DNA from: Piedraia hortae CBS 480.64
Taxonomy: Eukaryota
DNA: 62,841 nt
Assembly (NCBI GenBank): GCA_010093745.1
Contig: MU005979.1
Span: forward strand, 186,001-248,841
Reading direction: 5' to 3'
Shown in pieces: positions 13,097-25,269 of this stretch (position 1 is the stretch's first letter; each line of letters opens with the position of its first letter). The notes below the pieces were generated by a model. The model searched no databases. It was not told the DNA's origin and saw only the letters and a list, made by a program, of their open reading frames with translations. Made by a program: the position numbers and the translations under genes.

Positions 13097-15469
13097 CTAC
13101 TTACAAACCCTATCCAAAACAACAACAGCAAAATGCCCCCCCACCACAGGCCTCGCAAAGAAGTCCGGACCAGGAAACCCACCACCACCTTCTGTCACAA
13201 AAAGATCGCTCAGCGGCTTATCCGTAACCGTCTCATTGACCCATTTCGCAATTCTATCAAAAATAATGCTCCTCGTCTCGGGCGACGCAACAGCCGCGGC
13301 TTCAAACTGCCAGTCAGACTTCGACAGCAAATGTCGACTGTCCAGCGGGAGGCCGAATTTTTGGATTACGCTCTTGTACCATGTCGACTGCGCGGTGTAG
13401 AGGTCCTCTGGGATGAAGTTTGCAGACTCTCTGTGGACGGGGTTTAGGGGTAATTGGGGTGATTGTTGGTTATGAAGGGGGATATCCGCTTCGCGCGATT
13501 TATGGTGTGGGTGGAAGCACAACAGACTATCCGCGTAGAGGGAGTAGAGCGTTGTCCAGCTTCCGTACCAGTCGTATGCTAGTTTCGCGCGCTTTCCGTC
13601 GCGGCTGATGGCGCGGTTTTGCCAGTGGGCTATGTAGCTTTCGCTGATGTTTTGGTAGTATTTCTCGTCCGCGGGTTGGGAGTTGAGGGCGGAGAGTGTT
13701 GCCATGGCTTTGATCCCAATGATGCCTTTCAATGCGAGGTTGGTTTGAAGGGCTAACCAGCCTGCAAAGTCGTCGGTGCTGAGCTGGTTGTGCGGTTCCA
13801 AGGCGTATTCGACGAGGTAGGAGGTCCATTGTTTTAGGAGGGGATAAGTTCGAGTGAGCCATTTTTTGGATTGTCGACCGGGGTCCCGGGAGGGAAGATC
13901 TATGCCGTTTACGTCGGCCATTAGGGAGAAGGGACTGGTTGGGCCGACCCAGAGGGAGTTTTTTCCGTCGAGGCGCTTGTCCGCACTGAGAGGGAAGAGA
14001 TTTAGGGGGCCGGATGGAGCTGTGCTCCATGGTGATTCTCTTTTCATGAGATTGTTTACTAGTGCCAAGGCGATGATGAGTAGGTTGCCGCTCTCTTCGA
14101 CGGGCATGTACTCGTCTTTGCCGTCTGCGTGGCCGGTCAGGTTGGGGAAATGCGTTCCCAAGTCGTGCATTGCGTAGTCGTTTGGGTATTGACCGGATAA
14201 GGTGTGCTCGATAATGGGCTCTAGAAGGTAGACCAACCAGCGAGGATTCGTGTAAAAGAAGAAGGGCGACGCAGGGAAGATGATATCAACTGTCTGAGCA
14301 TTGCCATTGGATGAGATTTCTTTCAAGAAGATGAGGGGGTTCTGAGGAGTGCCTGAGAAGGAGAGTGCGCCCATGGCTTGGCGAGCCGAGAGGGACAATA
14401 TGTCTGTATGATTCCCTCCATGACGCTCCGAGTCTTTGAAAACTTGAGCTGTGTAGTTTGACGAAAGTGCTAAAGCAGACGGGTAGTCATGGTAATGATA
14501 CTGGATCAGCTCTGCAGAAGAAGAGAAGTAGCTCTGCCACAGAGAACGCATGGCTGTAAGTCCTCGGGCTGAGGCGAATTGCACGACAGGACTCTGAACG
14601 AGCGCCAGCGTGAACAGGGCACTCTGTTCAGCTTTTTGTGTCAGGTTAAAGAATCTGCTAAAGGCAAAGACGGGCTCATCGTCCATGACAGAGCGGAAAC
14701 GGTTATCAATCGTATCATTTACCCTTCCTCCTTTGGCGAACCGATGTCTTATGCCAGCGCTTGTTCCGGCCTCAAAGTGTGCCTCCTCGGGCCCAGTGAA
14801 GTGAAAAGTGCCCCATTCAGCGCGGTCATTGTTCTCCGTGAAGAGTAGCTCATTCTTACGCTTTACACTCCACGTCTTCGTCCCTTTGGCAGTGTTCAGT
14901 TCCCACTCAATCTCTGCGCCGCGATCGCCAGCGGCCCACTCGCCATTGGCATCAATATATACATTCACGTTGCTGCTTCCGCACACATGCACCTGGATGT
15001 ACGATGCAGGAATAGCTTGACGCAGGGTCGAGGTAGGGGTGATTGGCGAGAGAAAAGAAAGCGTCAAATGGATATTATCATTGTCGAGAGAGTAGGTCAG
15101 ATTTGTTGTGGATGGGTCGTATTGAGCGCCTTGATAGCGAGGGAAGGTCACGTTGTAGGCCGAGCTGTTGAGGTCAAGACTATCGTGCGCTCGGCCAAGA
15201 AGGGGATAGACATTGGACGTATGAGGCACAGAAGCAAGAACCGAAAATCCAATCTACACAGGATCAGCAGCTATAGCGAGAGGCATAGACAGCCTTACAG
15301 ATTCCCGGTTGTAGAACATGGGCCACCTACTCCATGGCACATCGCGGGCATTATCGAGCCATGTCGAAAGATACGGGCCGCGCACAATCAGCGGCAGTAT
15401 GGGTGGGGTCAGGGAAGAGGCATGGACAAGAGAAAATGTGAATGCGACAAGTGCGATGGGAAGATGCAT
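13097..15469 (-). CDS. gtaA: Secreted glutaminase A (GtaA family)
   Basis: Signal peptide and PLIVRGPYLSTW. Intron 15298..15254. FLKEISSNGN, MPVEESGN and QLSTDDFAG motifs. Confidence 0.93.
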
Positions 15470-15502
15470 GGTGGTGTTGGTGAAGTGCGGGGTGATAGAG
15501 GG

Positions 15503-15580
15503 AAGTCCGGGGTAAGTCCGGGGATAAGTCTGGGGTAAGTCTGGGGTAAGTCTGGGGTAAGTCTGGGGTAAGTCTGGGGT
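15503..15580 (+). repeat. Minisatellite, 7 copies of AAGTCYGGGGT (one copy with an extra A)
   Basis: Directly visible, 34-111 nt upstream of the gtaA ATG. Confidence 0.95.
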
Positions 15581-16536
15581 ACATCCAACTTAAGCGACCA
15601 GTTCTGGTGGATCACAGGTGGAAGAGCTCCCAGCGCCGGGGAGGTGGCAAGGAGTGAAACAAGACATCTGTTTGCTGTCGTCCAAGCAGGCCCCCGGGGC
15701 AAGGTCGGTTCCCTGGAATCCCAGCCCGATATATCAGAGCAGGTCGCGCGGGAGAAGCAGACCTACTCCGACCGGATCACGAAGCCATTGAAGGCACAAT
15801 TAATCCCATGAATCCACCACCTGGCATGGGATATCACCATCTGCGGCTGCCTGAAGTGGGAGTGCGCTGACATTCAAGACCTCCATGTTGACGAGCGGGG
15901 AGAGATTCAATCATTTAAGCCAGGCCTTGAAGACAAGATGTGGCCAATCTACCTCGCCGTCGGGAAGAGCTTTCTAAAATCCCGCCAAAAGGAGCAAAGT
16001 AGCTCAGTTCCATCACCCACGACGGAAGAACGTTCAGCATCAACGACGAGGGGCGACAAATTCGTATGAAGGAAACTAAGCAGTCATTGCGTTCCAAGGG
16101 GGCTGGCAAGGTAAATATGGCATCTGACTTACGAACTCCCTTTCGAAGGCTGTTCGTCCCTTTATCTCGGATAAGAAACAGGAGGTTATGGACTTCCATG
16201 CCATGCCACGCCACAGAGTTGCTACTGGACTGGCAGAGGCACCAGTCCTGGAACAGGTATACCAGATCCCCCTGATGGACTATCCTCTCAGCCAGTATGA
16301 TGTATGGTGGCAGCCGATCAACGGCATGAATTCTGCTATGCCCGCAAATTCATCGCCTCCCAGCCCCGACCGCAGAAAAGATTATGGGGACTGCTCCGGG
16401 ATGCCGTCAGATCTGGCAGGTATGATGTCGTGGCGATGCAAGGTATCTAATCTGCTTGTTTGCCAAACAAACAGAGACAAAGTTTGCCTGTTCTTCCGGG
16501 TTTCCCTATATAGGTGGATAACCCCCCTATCCCCTT

Positions 16537-16537
<1 letters not shown>

Positions 16538-16570
<33 letters not shown>
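16538..16570 (+). repeat. Poly-C homopolymer (33 nt)
   Basis: Directly visible. Confidence 0.95.
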
Positions 16571-17081
16571 ACAGGATGCAATCTACGGTTCCTACCTCAC
16601 GTTTTTATCACCGACTACCTTCCGCAAGAGGGCACCAGTAAGGAAATATGGCCTTTTTTCTTTTTTTTCAAATTTCACCCGGAACTCAATTGGCTTAAGT
16701 ACTACTGGTGCCATTGCAAGCGCTACGCGCAAGAATTGCGAGTACACCATAGAAGAACAATTCCGGGGGCGCTTGATTCTGGGGCGGCGGAGATCAGCAG
16801 GCGGTACGCTGCAAAGTCTATAAGGACTTTATACAGGCTTTCTAGCTATAGTTCGCGAGGGGTCGCGTTGATGGCAAGTCGAGGATGATGTGCAATACAC
16901 ACAACAAAAGGCGTTTTGATTTGGCACCAGTCTGGATGACAGTGATCACACAGTAGAGTAAAATTCAGCTTGCTATCTACCACGAGTCCAGCACATTGCA
17001 CAACACAACTGGGATGCAAAGAACCCATTAACAGTTATTTCTACAGGACAAACGCCCATCTACACCAAAGTCTAGATGATA

Positions 17082-19697
17082 CTACACAGTCGGTGCGGCT
17101 TCTCCGCCACTTCCGCCCAGTTGAGGGGGTAGATTCCCACCCCGTTTTTCCGGGCCTGCGGGGCCAGGTTCGTTGGGACCGGGGACCGTAGGCCCATGTG
17201 ATCCACCAATCGGGCCGGGTGAGCCAGAAAAGTATTTTGAGAACTCCTCCTTGTCCGGCCAAGGCCTTGGGCCGAGTAGTCTCACGAGGTCGTCTCGTGT
17301 GATTTCTTCCTTTTTCAGCAATTCTTCTGCGATGATGACCAGTTCTTTTCGCTTTTCTTCGAGTAGATCGCGACACCGCGTGCGCGCTTCCGTAACTATT
17401 CGTCGCACTTCTGCGTCGATGGCTTGGGCGGTGAGCTCTGAGAATGGCTTCTGGACTTGCATCTCTGGTGTTTCGCCGGCGTCTGGGTAATAGATGTAGC
17501 CTATTTTTTCGCTCATGCCCCATTTGGTTACCATGGCAGTGGCTAGTCGAGTTACTTTGTTGAAGTCGTCTGATGCCCCTGATGTGACGGTGTCGAAGAA
17601 CATTTCTTCACTGACGCGGCCACCTAGAGTCATGGCCATGCGGTCCATTAACTGGTTTATGCTCATCAGAGCTGGGTCAGATCCACCACCTGGGAGATAC
17701 TGTGCATAGCCTAGAGCGCCTTTGGTGCGGGGAATGATGGACACCTTCAACAACGGGTCGGCATACTGGAAGTACCAACCGCAAATGGCGTGGCCAGCTT
17801 CGTGGTAGGCCACCGTCTTCTTGTCTTCGGGAGAGAGGACGTACGACTTGTTTTCTAGACCACCAATGACCCGCTCGATGGCCTGTTCGAAGTGGGTCAT
17901 CTTTACAGAGCTGCTGTGATTACGAGCAGCGCACAAAGCGGCTTCGTTTACGACATTAGCAATGTCAGCACCGGAGAAGCCTGGAGTCAACGAGGCCAGA
18001 CGCCCTTTGAGATGCTCCATGTCTTCGTGGGTGACCACTTTCTTAAGGTGTACACCAAAGATCTGCTTCCGGCCTTCTAACGTCGGTGGGTCAATGGCAA
18101 TGTGTCTGTCGAATCGTCCGGGCCTCATTAACGCCTTGTCTAGCACATCAGCGCGATTCGTGCCCGCCAGCACGACCACTTGTTCCGCGGTATTGAAGCC
18201 GTCCATCTCTGTTAGGATCTGATTCAGCGTAGACTCTCGCTCATCGTTTCCGCCGCCAAACGACTGCTTTGATCGCGACTTGCCAATGGCATCGATTTCG
18301 TCGATGAAGATGATGCACGGGGCACTTTTCCGTGCATTGGAGAAGAGATCCCTCACACGCGAGGGACCAACGCCGACGAACATTTCTACAAACTCGGAGC
18401 CAGAGACGGAGAAAAAGGGCACACCGGCCTCGCCCGCCGTTGCCTTTGCCAACAACGTTTTGCCCGTACCCGGGGGTCCACTCAGAATAGCGCCTCGTGG
18501 GATCTTGGCGCCAAGCTTTTGGTAAGTTGCAGGATCTTTAAGGAAGGAAACAAACTCCATAATCTCCCGTTTGGCCTCGTCGGCGCCAGCAACGTCCGAG
18601 AACTTGACTTTGATGTCAGTCTCATGGTTGAATTTCTTCGCGCGACTGCGGCCCATGCCGAATATACCGCCCTGGCCTCCACCGGCTGCACCAGTGGCCC
18701 TGCGGGACAGATACATGATGGCACCAATGAAGAGAAGAGTGGGACCAAAGGCAAGCATCGTTTTGAACCACGTGCCTTCTTCGGCATATGAGATGGGGAT
18801 TCGCTCGGACGACGGGATGCCGAGCTCGTTCTGCGCCTGCTCCATTCTGCGCTCAAACGCCTCAACAGAGCCGATGGTAAAGGTATAGTAGAATCCTGGC
18901 TGTGCGGCGGGCGATTCGGGGTACATGTTGGCCACGCTGTCCCGGTACAGATGCGCTTGAACACGGTTGCCGTTGATTACGACCAACTTTTCCACCAGGC
19001 CCTTGTCCAGGAAGGTGTTGCGGAACTCTTGGAATGTAATTTCCTTGCTGTTCTCGCCGGGAACGACCAGCCGGTAGAGCATGTAGGTGACTACGGCGCT
19101 CATCAGGATGTTGCCCATGTCGAGCTTGATGTCGTAGAACTTGGGCGTCTGGCCGTCGTCCTTCTTCTGGTTCTCTTGCCGACTCTTCTGGTCATGTTGC
19201 TGCCGCTGCCCGTCCTGCAATTTGGCGCGAGCCCGGGCCTGCTGCTCGGCTAGTTGTCTCGTCACTTGCGTCGTCAGTCGCCATAGCTTGGCAACTTGGG
19301 CCGGCGTCAGCGGTCCACTCTTGGTCTCACGAATGAGCTCCCGCAGCTCGTCGGACACTCCCTCTCGCTTGATGTATTCCTTGACCTTTTCAACCTCCGA
19401 GGCCATTGACTGTGGCATTCCAGACTGCGCAAAGGCAAAGAAATCATCTATCGCCTTCGCCTCTTCGGCCGTCAGCTTTTGTTCCCGACGCACGTCATGG
19501 CTAGAAGATAATGGAGATCTGGACTTGTATAGATAGTCGAGCGGCCGTTTCCCAGGCTTTTCTGGTGGCGAGCTGTACAGTCGGCTCTGCATGCCATATA
19601 ACAATGGGAGCGGCGGTCGCCGCGGCAGGGCCTTGTGGGAGCTTAATATCCATCGCGACCGAGCCACAGACTGCGGTCGACGAAGGATGGAGGCCAT
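17082..19697 (-). CDS. AFG3: Mitochondrial m-AAA protease (AFG3/YTA12, FtsH family)
   Basis: Presequence, two TM segments, Walker A GPPGTGKT, Walker [22 protein letters not shown] and HEAGH Zn motif. Confidence 0.96.
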   Translation of the reverse strand: MASILRRPQSVARSRWILSSHKALPRRPPLPLLYGMQSRLYSSPPEKPGKRPLDYLYKSRSPLSSSHDVRREQKLTAEEAKAIDDFFAFAQSGMPQSMASEVEKVKEYIKREGVSDELRELIRETKSGPLTPAQVAKLWRLTTQVTRQLAEQQARARAKLQDGQRQQHDQKSRQENQKKDDGQTPKFYDIKLDMGNILMSAVVTYMLYRLVVPGENSKEITFQEFRNTFLDKGLVEKLVVINGNRVQAHLYRDSVANMYPESPAAQPGFYYTFTIGSVEAFERRMEQAQNELGIPSSERIPISYAEEGTWFKTMLAFGPTLLFIGAIMYLSRRATGAAGGGQGGIFGMGRSRAKKFNHETDIKVKFSDVAGADEAKREIMEFVSFLKDPATYQKLGAKIPRGAILSGPPGTGKTLLAKATAGEAGVPFFSVSGSEFVEMFVGVGPSRVRDLFSNARKSAPCIIFIDEIDAIGKSRSKQSFGGGNDERESTLNQILTEMDGFNTAEQVVVLAGTNRADVLDKALMRPGRFDRHIAIDPPTLEGRKQIFGVHLKKVVTHEDMEHLKGRLASLTPGFSGADIANVVNEAALCAARNHSSSVKMTHFEQAIERVIGGLENKSYVLSPEDKKTVAYHEAGHAICGWYFQYADPLLKVSIIPRTKGALGYAQYLPGGGSDPALMSINQLMDRMAMTLGGRVSEEMFFDTVTSGASDDFNKVTRLATAMVTKWGMSEKIGYIYYPDAGETPEMQVQKPFSELTAQAIDAEVRRIVTEARTRCRDLLEEKRKELVIIAEELLKKEEITRDDLVRLLGPRPWPDKEEFSKYFSGSPGPIGGSHGPTVPGPNEPGPAGPEKRGGNLPPQLGGSGGEAAPTV

Positions 19698-19919
19698 GAT
19701 CGGGCTGGTGTATGTCGCCGCTAGACTCGCCGCCAGACTTTGGCGGCGGGAGTGTCCGCCCGCGCTTACTAATTCGACAGGACATCACCGGACGTCACTG
19801 GACAACGAAGATAGTCTTGGTGGATGGGAGAGCGTGAATCTGACACGTTGCCTTACGACCCTGTTAAACTCCGTGCCCTTCCCTAGACGTAAAAAGCATC
19901 AGTACGAATCTTACACGAG

Positions 19920-20966
19920 TCAGTCCTCCTCCGCCTCGTCCACGGCGCCCTCATCGTCGACGTTCCTCCGAGACCGTCTCCTGCGCTGTGTGCTGGCCTG
20001 CGTCCGGGTTTCCTGCCGGGACGATGTTTGGTCCATCATGGCCAGACTACGGTCCAGTTTTTTGTCCAGTTCTTGCTCTGCCGCATCCGACAGGTCCCCA
20101 AACACAGTCTTCACCAGTCCTCTGATTCCAGAGTCACCCACTTCCACCTTGCCACGAGGTCCTACCATCCAGTACGTGTCGTCCTCGCCTGCCCCTGTGG
20201 ACTCTTTGATCTTGACAATGTATCCGTCCTTCTCCAGCCTCTTGAACAGGATTTCCGTCTTCTCGTGGCCTGCAACGGGCGTTGCATCATCCAGTCCCAG
20301 ACGACGGAAATAATTGTCGAGTTTGGAATCTGGCAGGGCACCGCCGGAGAGGGTGATGAGCGAGACCAGCATCGTGTAGATGGCAACGTACTTGCTCTCT
20401 TCTTCTTCGGTAGGCACAGCTGACGGCGGGATGAGCTCGGGATCTCTGAACTCGGCTGGAAGGACTGTGACCAGCACCCAGGCCGTGGGCGCCTTGCTCG
20501 ACTGCAATTGCTGTGCTGCTGCGTCTGATTAGCGGCGTTCCTGAACATAGGTGGGAGACGAACCTCTGCGCTGAGCCAGCGTCACCTTCTCCTTGGCTGG
20601 TAGCTCCACCATCTCCATTGCAAATATGTCGCGCAGCTGTTGCTGGGCATTTTTAAAGACTTCCTTGAACTGCCTGCTTGCGCCGGCCAGCACCTTTTCG
20701 CCAACATCCGGCCTTCGGATTGGCCGCCGCTGGAACTGACAGGCCAAGGCATAGCGCACCATCTTGCGCGTCATCTGGCCAAGGTTGCTGTCGGCGGCTG
20801 AGTCCTCATCTTCGTCACGGGCTGCGTCTTCGTCGCTGTCTTCTAGTTGTGCAAGTTGCGTAGAATCTTCCTCTTCGACTTCCTGCAACCGTCATGAGCC
20901 ACTTTGACGCGCAGGTAATACCGCAACACTTACGGCGCGTCTACGCTTTCCGCGGGCAAGAGGCAT
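19920..20966 (-). CDS. NSE3: MAGE-domain Smc5/6 subunit Nse3
   Basis: MPLARGKRRRA exon 1. KMVRYALAC..RRPIRR, FAMEMVELP and YWMVGPRGKVEVG motifs; two introns. Confidence 0.88.
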
Positions 20967-21080
20967 GATCGGTCGTTGAGTTCCCGGCGCGCGTGGTTCG
21001 TTGCGTCGCGTCGCGTCAGGGTCCGCAGATTACCCGCCGCATCCCGATGTGACGCTCTCCCATCGCTTTCCTAAAACAAG

Positions 21081-21387
21081 ATGGTATGTACCCTCATCTG
21101 CAGTGATTGCCCACGTTGTTAATGCTCTGCAGGCAGACAAGCTCCGCGCTCAGCAACAGCTGGAGGCGTTGCAGAACAAATACATTGGCACAGGCCACGC
21201 AGATACGACCAAGCACGAATGGACTTCAAACATAATGCGAGACAGTTACTCGTCTTTCCAGGGACACCCGGCGCTGTTACACTACATGGCCATCGGAACG
21301 GGCATGTCGATGGAGAGGATGCGTATGCATTGCATGGAGAAAATGGTGCTGCCAGTTGGGCCGGCCCCGCCCGTGGATGAGGGGTAG
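21081..21387 (+). CDS. SF3B5: Splicing factor 3B subunit 5 (Ysf3/SF3b10)
   Basis: ATG|GTATGT intron..CAG|ADKLRAQQQLEALQNKYIGTGHADTTKHEW. Confidence 0.95.
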
Positions 21388-21543
21388 AGGGGCATTGTAA
21401 AGCTATCGACGCAAACATCTCGCCGAGCTACATGCATGTGCTGTGCCAATGAGTGCTTTGCTCAGGAAGCGGTCTTCAACATCATCAACAATGCCAGACG
21501 ATGCACTGTACTACGCAAGCTTAAGGAGTACATCATGGCATTA

Positions 21544-22270
21544 CTACCGTCTCACCTTTCCAAACACCTTCCCACCCAGCGTCGAGACCTTCTTGACACT
21601 TCTGAAGGTCAGACTCACTCTCGTTTGTCGGACATTAACCCCTCCATTCTCTTCAATTGACTTCCTCTCTTCCACTCCCAGCAAGTCCCAATTCGCAACA
21701 GTCTCCCTTTCCAGACCCTCATCCCTCAGAACATCCCCAATCCCATGCCTCGTCTCCGTATAAGCCTGCCCCATCGTAACAAGCAACGACCTAGGTTCCT
21801 GTAAAATGTGCCACCGTTTCGCTTCACCACCTTTCTCTGCCACATCAAGAACAATACTTCCCCCCAAACTAACCGTAGCCACCATAGGATGATACGCAGG
21901 CCCATCCTCATGTGCCATTATACCCACCCCAGGAGGATATTCATTAATCAAGCAATGATTGATCTTCTCGAAATCAAAGTCATTGTGCAGGCGGTTAACG
22001 ACGGGATTATAGAGGTACACTGGCAGTTCACGAGTAGTCAAAAGAGTATTGTTTCCACTCAGGGGTGCAGGAACGGCTTGTAGGCGTCTGTGCGAAAGTG
22101 TGATCCATTTATTCTTTGGAATCTAGCTCACATTAGGTGGCGAATACGCAGTTGCAGTAACGTACCTGACTAAGAATCTTCGCCTCCTCTTCTAGGCTAA
22201 TGTAGTCGTGGATGTAGAACATCGACTCTGGGATGTCCGGGATACGATATCTCTCGAGCGCCGCTTCCAT
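21544..22270 (-). CDS. AlkB-family 2OG-Fe(II) dioxygenase, ALKBH6-like
   Basis: FYIHDYISLEEE exon 1. WITLSHRRLQ, NHCLINEYPPGVGIMAHEDG (HxD), HGI and RVSLTFR motifs. Confidence 0.88.
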
Positions 22271-22451
22271 TGTATAACGCAGAACCTATTATCGTCCAAA
22301 AGCATGCCGGTTAACCTCGAAAAAATAAGACTCAAAAGAATCACACTCCAAAGCCCAAATTATGCACAGTGCTAGCTCGGCCCGTCCCTGCCAAAAACGT
22401 CATACCTCCCACCCCATTCCTCATGTGGGGGGATCAACCATTCCCCCAACC

Positions 22452-22992
22452 ATGGCCAAAGGCACCACCACCAAACCTTCCGAGAAGGAAAAAGTCAAAG
22501 GCGCACAAAGCATCAACGTCCGCCACATTCTTTGTTCCAAACACAGCAAGAAAGAAGAAGCTCTCGCCAAACTCCGCGAGGGGGTCAAATTCGATCAGGT
22601 CGCGCACGAATTTTCGGAGGATAAAGCTCGGCAAGGTATGTTTTCCCGTCACTTTTTCCCCTTTCTCTTTTCCCCTTCTTTTCCCTTTCTTGCTCTGTGT
22701 GAGAATATGTTCTCTACTCAAATCATACCGTACAGTGCACAATCCCTTTCCTCCTCAAATCCCACCGTACGTTGTCGAACCTCTTTTCTTCCTCGGCTCC
22801 TGCTTCGTAATTCGAACTTTTCCGCTGACATCTTTAGGGGGCTCACTAGGCTGGAAGACAAAGGGTAGTCTCTTGCCGGAGTTTGAGGCTGTAGCGTTTG
22901 CGTTGGAGGTTTCGACGACCAATAGCCCGAAGTTTGCAGAGTGTAAGACTTCGGAAGGGTATCATATCCTTATGGTCGAGGGGAGGAAGTAG
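22452..22992 (+). CDS. PIN4: Parvulin-type peptidyl-prolyl isomerase (Par14)
   Basis: INVRHILC and [15 protein letters not shown]...[11 protein letters not shown]; one intron at about 22636-22837. Confidence 0.93.
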
Positions 22993-24683
22993 CCCGCTGT
23001 TAAGGATGGGTGGTGGGGGCCCAGGGGGAGGTTGGTTGGAGCTTGTGATGAGGTGAGTGTTAGCAAGCATTGATGCCTGCAGGCTTTATCGGTCAGTCGA
23101 GCGGTGATCTCACATCCTGAGAGCACGAGAGAAGGAATATAGTCGCGCAGAAAACTCTCAGGGCACTCCTAAGCTTGCTACGAATGTTGTTGCTTTCGCT
23201 ATGAGATTGTAGGGACTGGTGGTATTTCCAAGCACATATATGTAGAGTAGTGATCCAGATTTGCCTGGTACGTGTTCCCGCGTATATGAGAAGTTTTTAG
23301 TACATAGACTTTTCTCCAGGTGGTAGGTATGCCGGTTTTTTCAAGATAGTTCTTGAAATTAACGCAACAGGAGAATTGGCCGGAGATCTGACTAAACACG
23401 CGTTAAGTGGTGTCCTCCAATCCGTCTGGCTCAGAATTTACTTTGCACAAACGCGCGTCATTCGCAGAACTTTAAACTTTATTACATGGCATGGACATAA
23501 TCACGTATGAGGCAAGGTCCTCGGAATTATCTTTAGGCAATCAGCAGCGAACGCCAAGCAGCGATTAAGGCGATGTAATATGCCTTGCTGGAATCTTTCA
23601 AAGACATAAGTCGTCGTCCGTAGGGTTTGATGACGTTTGCATCCCGGAAACGGGACCAAAGCTTGCCCTTCACAGACGGTTTGATTGTAGTGGGCTGGAT
23701 GAAAAACACGACGCCGAACTCAGGATGCACGACTGCTTGGGAATAGAGTATGGGGCCGTTTCGTATAATGTTGTAAACGGAGTAGATCATGCCAATATCT
23801 CTACCCTAAGCTTGAACATGTGTGTATCTCATCCTCATGGCCGTCTTACGATGAGACTCATAAATATCACGTATTCCATCAGCCGACTCAACTTTAATTC
23901 CGCCTTCTCCACCTCCATCCCGCAAGAGGCAGGCATGTCGGCTAATCCCCGGCTGCTCCACCGCGCAAGATTAGTATATATACCCCACTTCCCGGGGCTT
24001 AAAGTTGGTTAGTAACCAGATGGGGCAGTGTGATCTAATATACTATTCAACCCCTGATCGTAGGTTCGAATGTGGTGAGCCAAGACTGCCGATGCCCAAG
24101 TTTCAATGATTCGACCATACCCTTTAAGAAGTTTGAAAGAACTGGTTCTTCACTACACCGTCGCAACAGGGGTGGGAAGGGGAAGGCTTGGGAGGCTAAC
24201 AGATTCCTGGGTGCGCGATATTGACGGATTGCACCCGAATTTTTTTTCTTTTTTTTCTTCTTCTTCGTTTTTGCCATGTCCGACCCAGCTTTTGGAAAAA
24301 CTGCATTATTTTTTTCGCTTAATCTCTCTCGTACGCTTAGTCAACAGGAAACAGCAGGTCATTCAATAATTTAGAGTTCAAAGTACAAAGAAGATTATTT
24401 TTAGCAAGAGTCCCGTACAAATCATACCTCTCTACATTGTCATGTAGCCGAGTTGACCTACTCAGGCAGATGACCAAGAGTTTGAACCCTGCGTAGTGTT
24501 ACTAGAAAAATCTGACCTCGACATGACCCGTGACGCCACGCTCCACCCATCCACCCATGCAAACCAGAAATACCCTCGCATCATATCAGTCGTGACAACG
24601 ACACGCGAACATTACTCCACATGCACGCCTCTTCTCTTCTTCCACTTTTCATCCATACCTCTGTCCTCCTCCACCTCCTCCTC

Positions 24684-24684
<1 letters not shown>

Positions 24685-24755
<71 letters not shown>

Positions 24756-24786
24756 GTCGTCGTCGTCGTTGTCGTTGTCGTCGTCG
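24685..24786 (+). repeat. (TCA)~23 microsatellite followed by TCG/TTG repeats
   Basis: Directly visible; lies just upstream of ELF1-like copy 1. Confidence 0.95.
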
Positions 24787-24826
24787 TAACCTCCCCACTC
24801 CAATTATCCATCTTCATTACTTCAAC

Positions 24827-25257
24827 ATGCCTTATTCACCGATTGACCCCCTCCGCAAGACGAAGCGGATGACTCCTACCGGCCGCCGTGCCCGTAAGGC
24901 CAAGGTAACCCCGCCGCCATCCCCTTCGGCAGCAATTAACCATCTCCCAGCGCCCTGCTGGCCCCGTCAAACGCTTCCCATGCATGTTCTGCGAGGGCAA
25001 GAAGGCCGTCGTCGTTGAGCTGAACAAAAAAGATCGCGAGGGCCGCGCCCGCTGCGTCGAGTGTCGTCGTTTCTTTGCTTCGACGAGTAGATTCGGGAAT
25101 CGTGAGGTTGACCTCGTTCTGGGGTATATATTGCTGACTGGATGGAGCGATGGAGCACTGCGATATCTATGCCGACTGGGTCGATGCTTGCCACGCTGGC
25201 AAGGCCGAGTGCGATGAGGACTACATCAAGATGAAGGAGAAGGAAAGCCAAGGATGA
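24827..25257 (+). CDS. ELF1: Divergent transcription elongation factor Elf1-like zinc-ribbon protein, copy 1 (3 exons)
   Basis: Introns 24905-24950 and 25102-25147 give a basic N-terminus plus FPCMFCEGKKAVVVELNKKDREGRARCVECRRFF...DIYADWVDAC, matching the Elf1 pattern FxCxFC..CxxC..DVYxDWxDAC. Confidence 0.8.
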
Positions 25258-25269
25258 GGAGGAGGATAC
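24875..25269 (+). repeat. Left arm of a 395-bp inverted repeat (partner 26911-27305)
   Basis: By-eye comparison found no mismatch with the reverse complement of 26911-27305; the ORF track shows identical 77-aa ORFs on opposite strands. Confidence 0.95.

Noticed and set aside
15503..15580. Repeat array as CRISPR or telomere
   Set aside because: There are no unique spacers, the context is eukaryotic and the unit is not TTAGGG; it is a simple minisatellite.
16188..16888. ORFs with poly-Pro
   Set aside because: Driven by the poly-C run; no recognisable domain, although splice-like signals exist.
19591..20313. 240-aa plus-strand ORF
   Set aside because: Antisense shadow of AFG3 and NSE3.
24496..24872. 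Poly-Ser/Met/Asp/Ile ORFs
   Set aside because: Artefacts of the TCA microsatellite.
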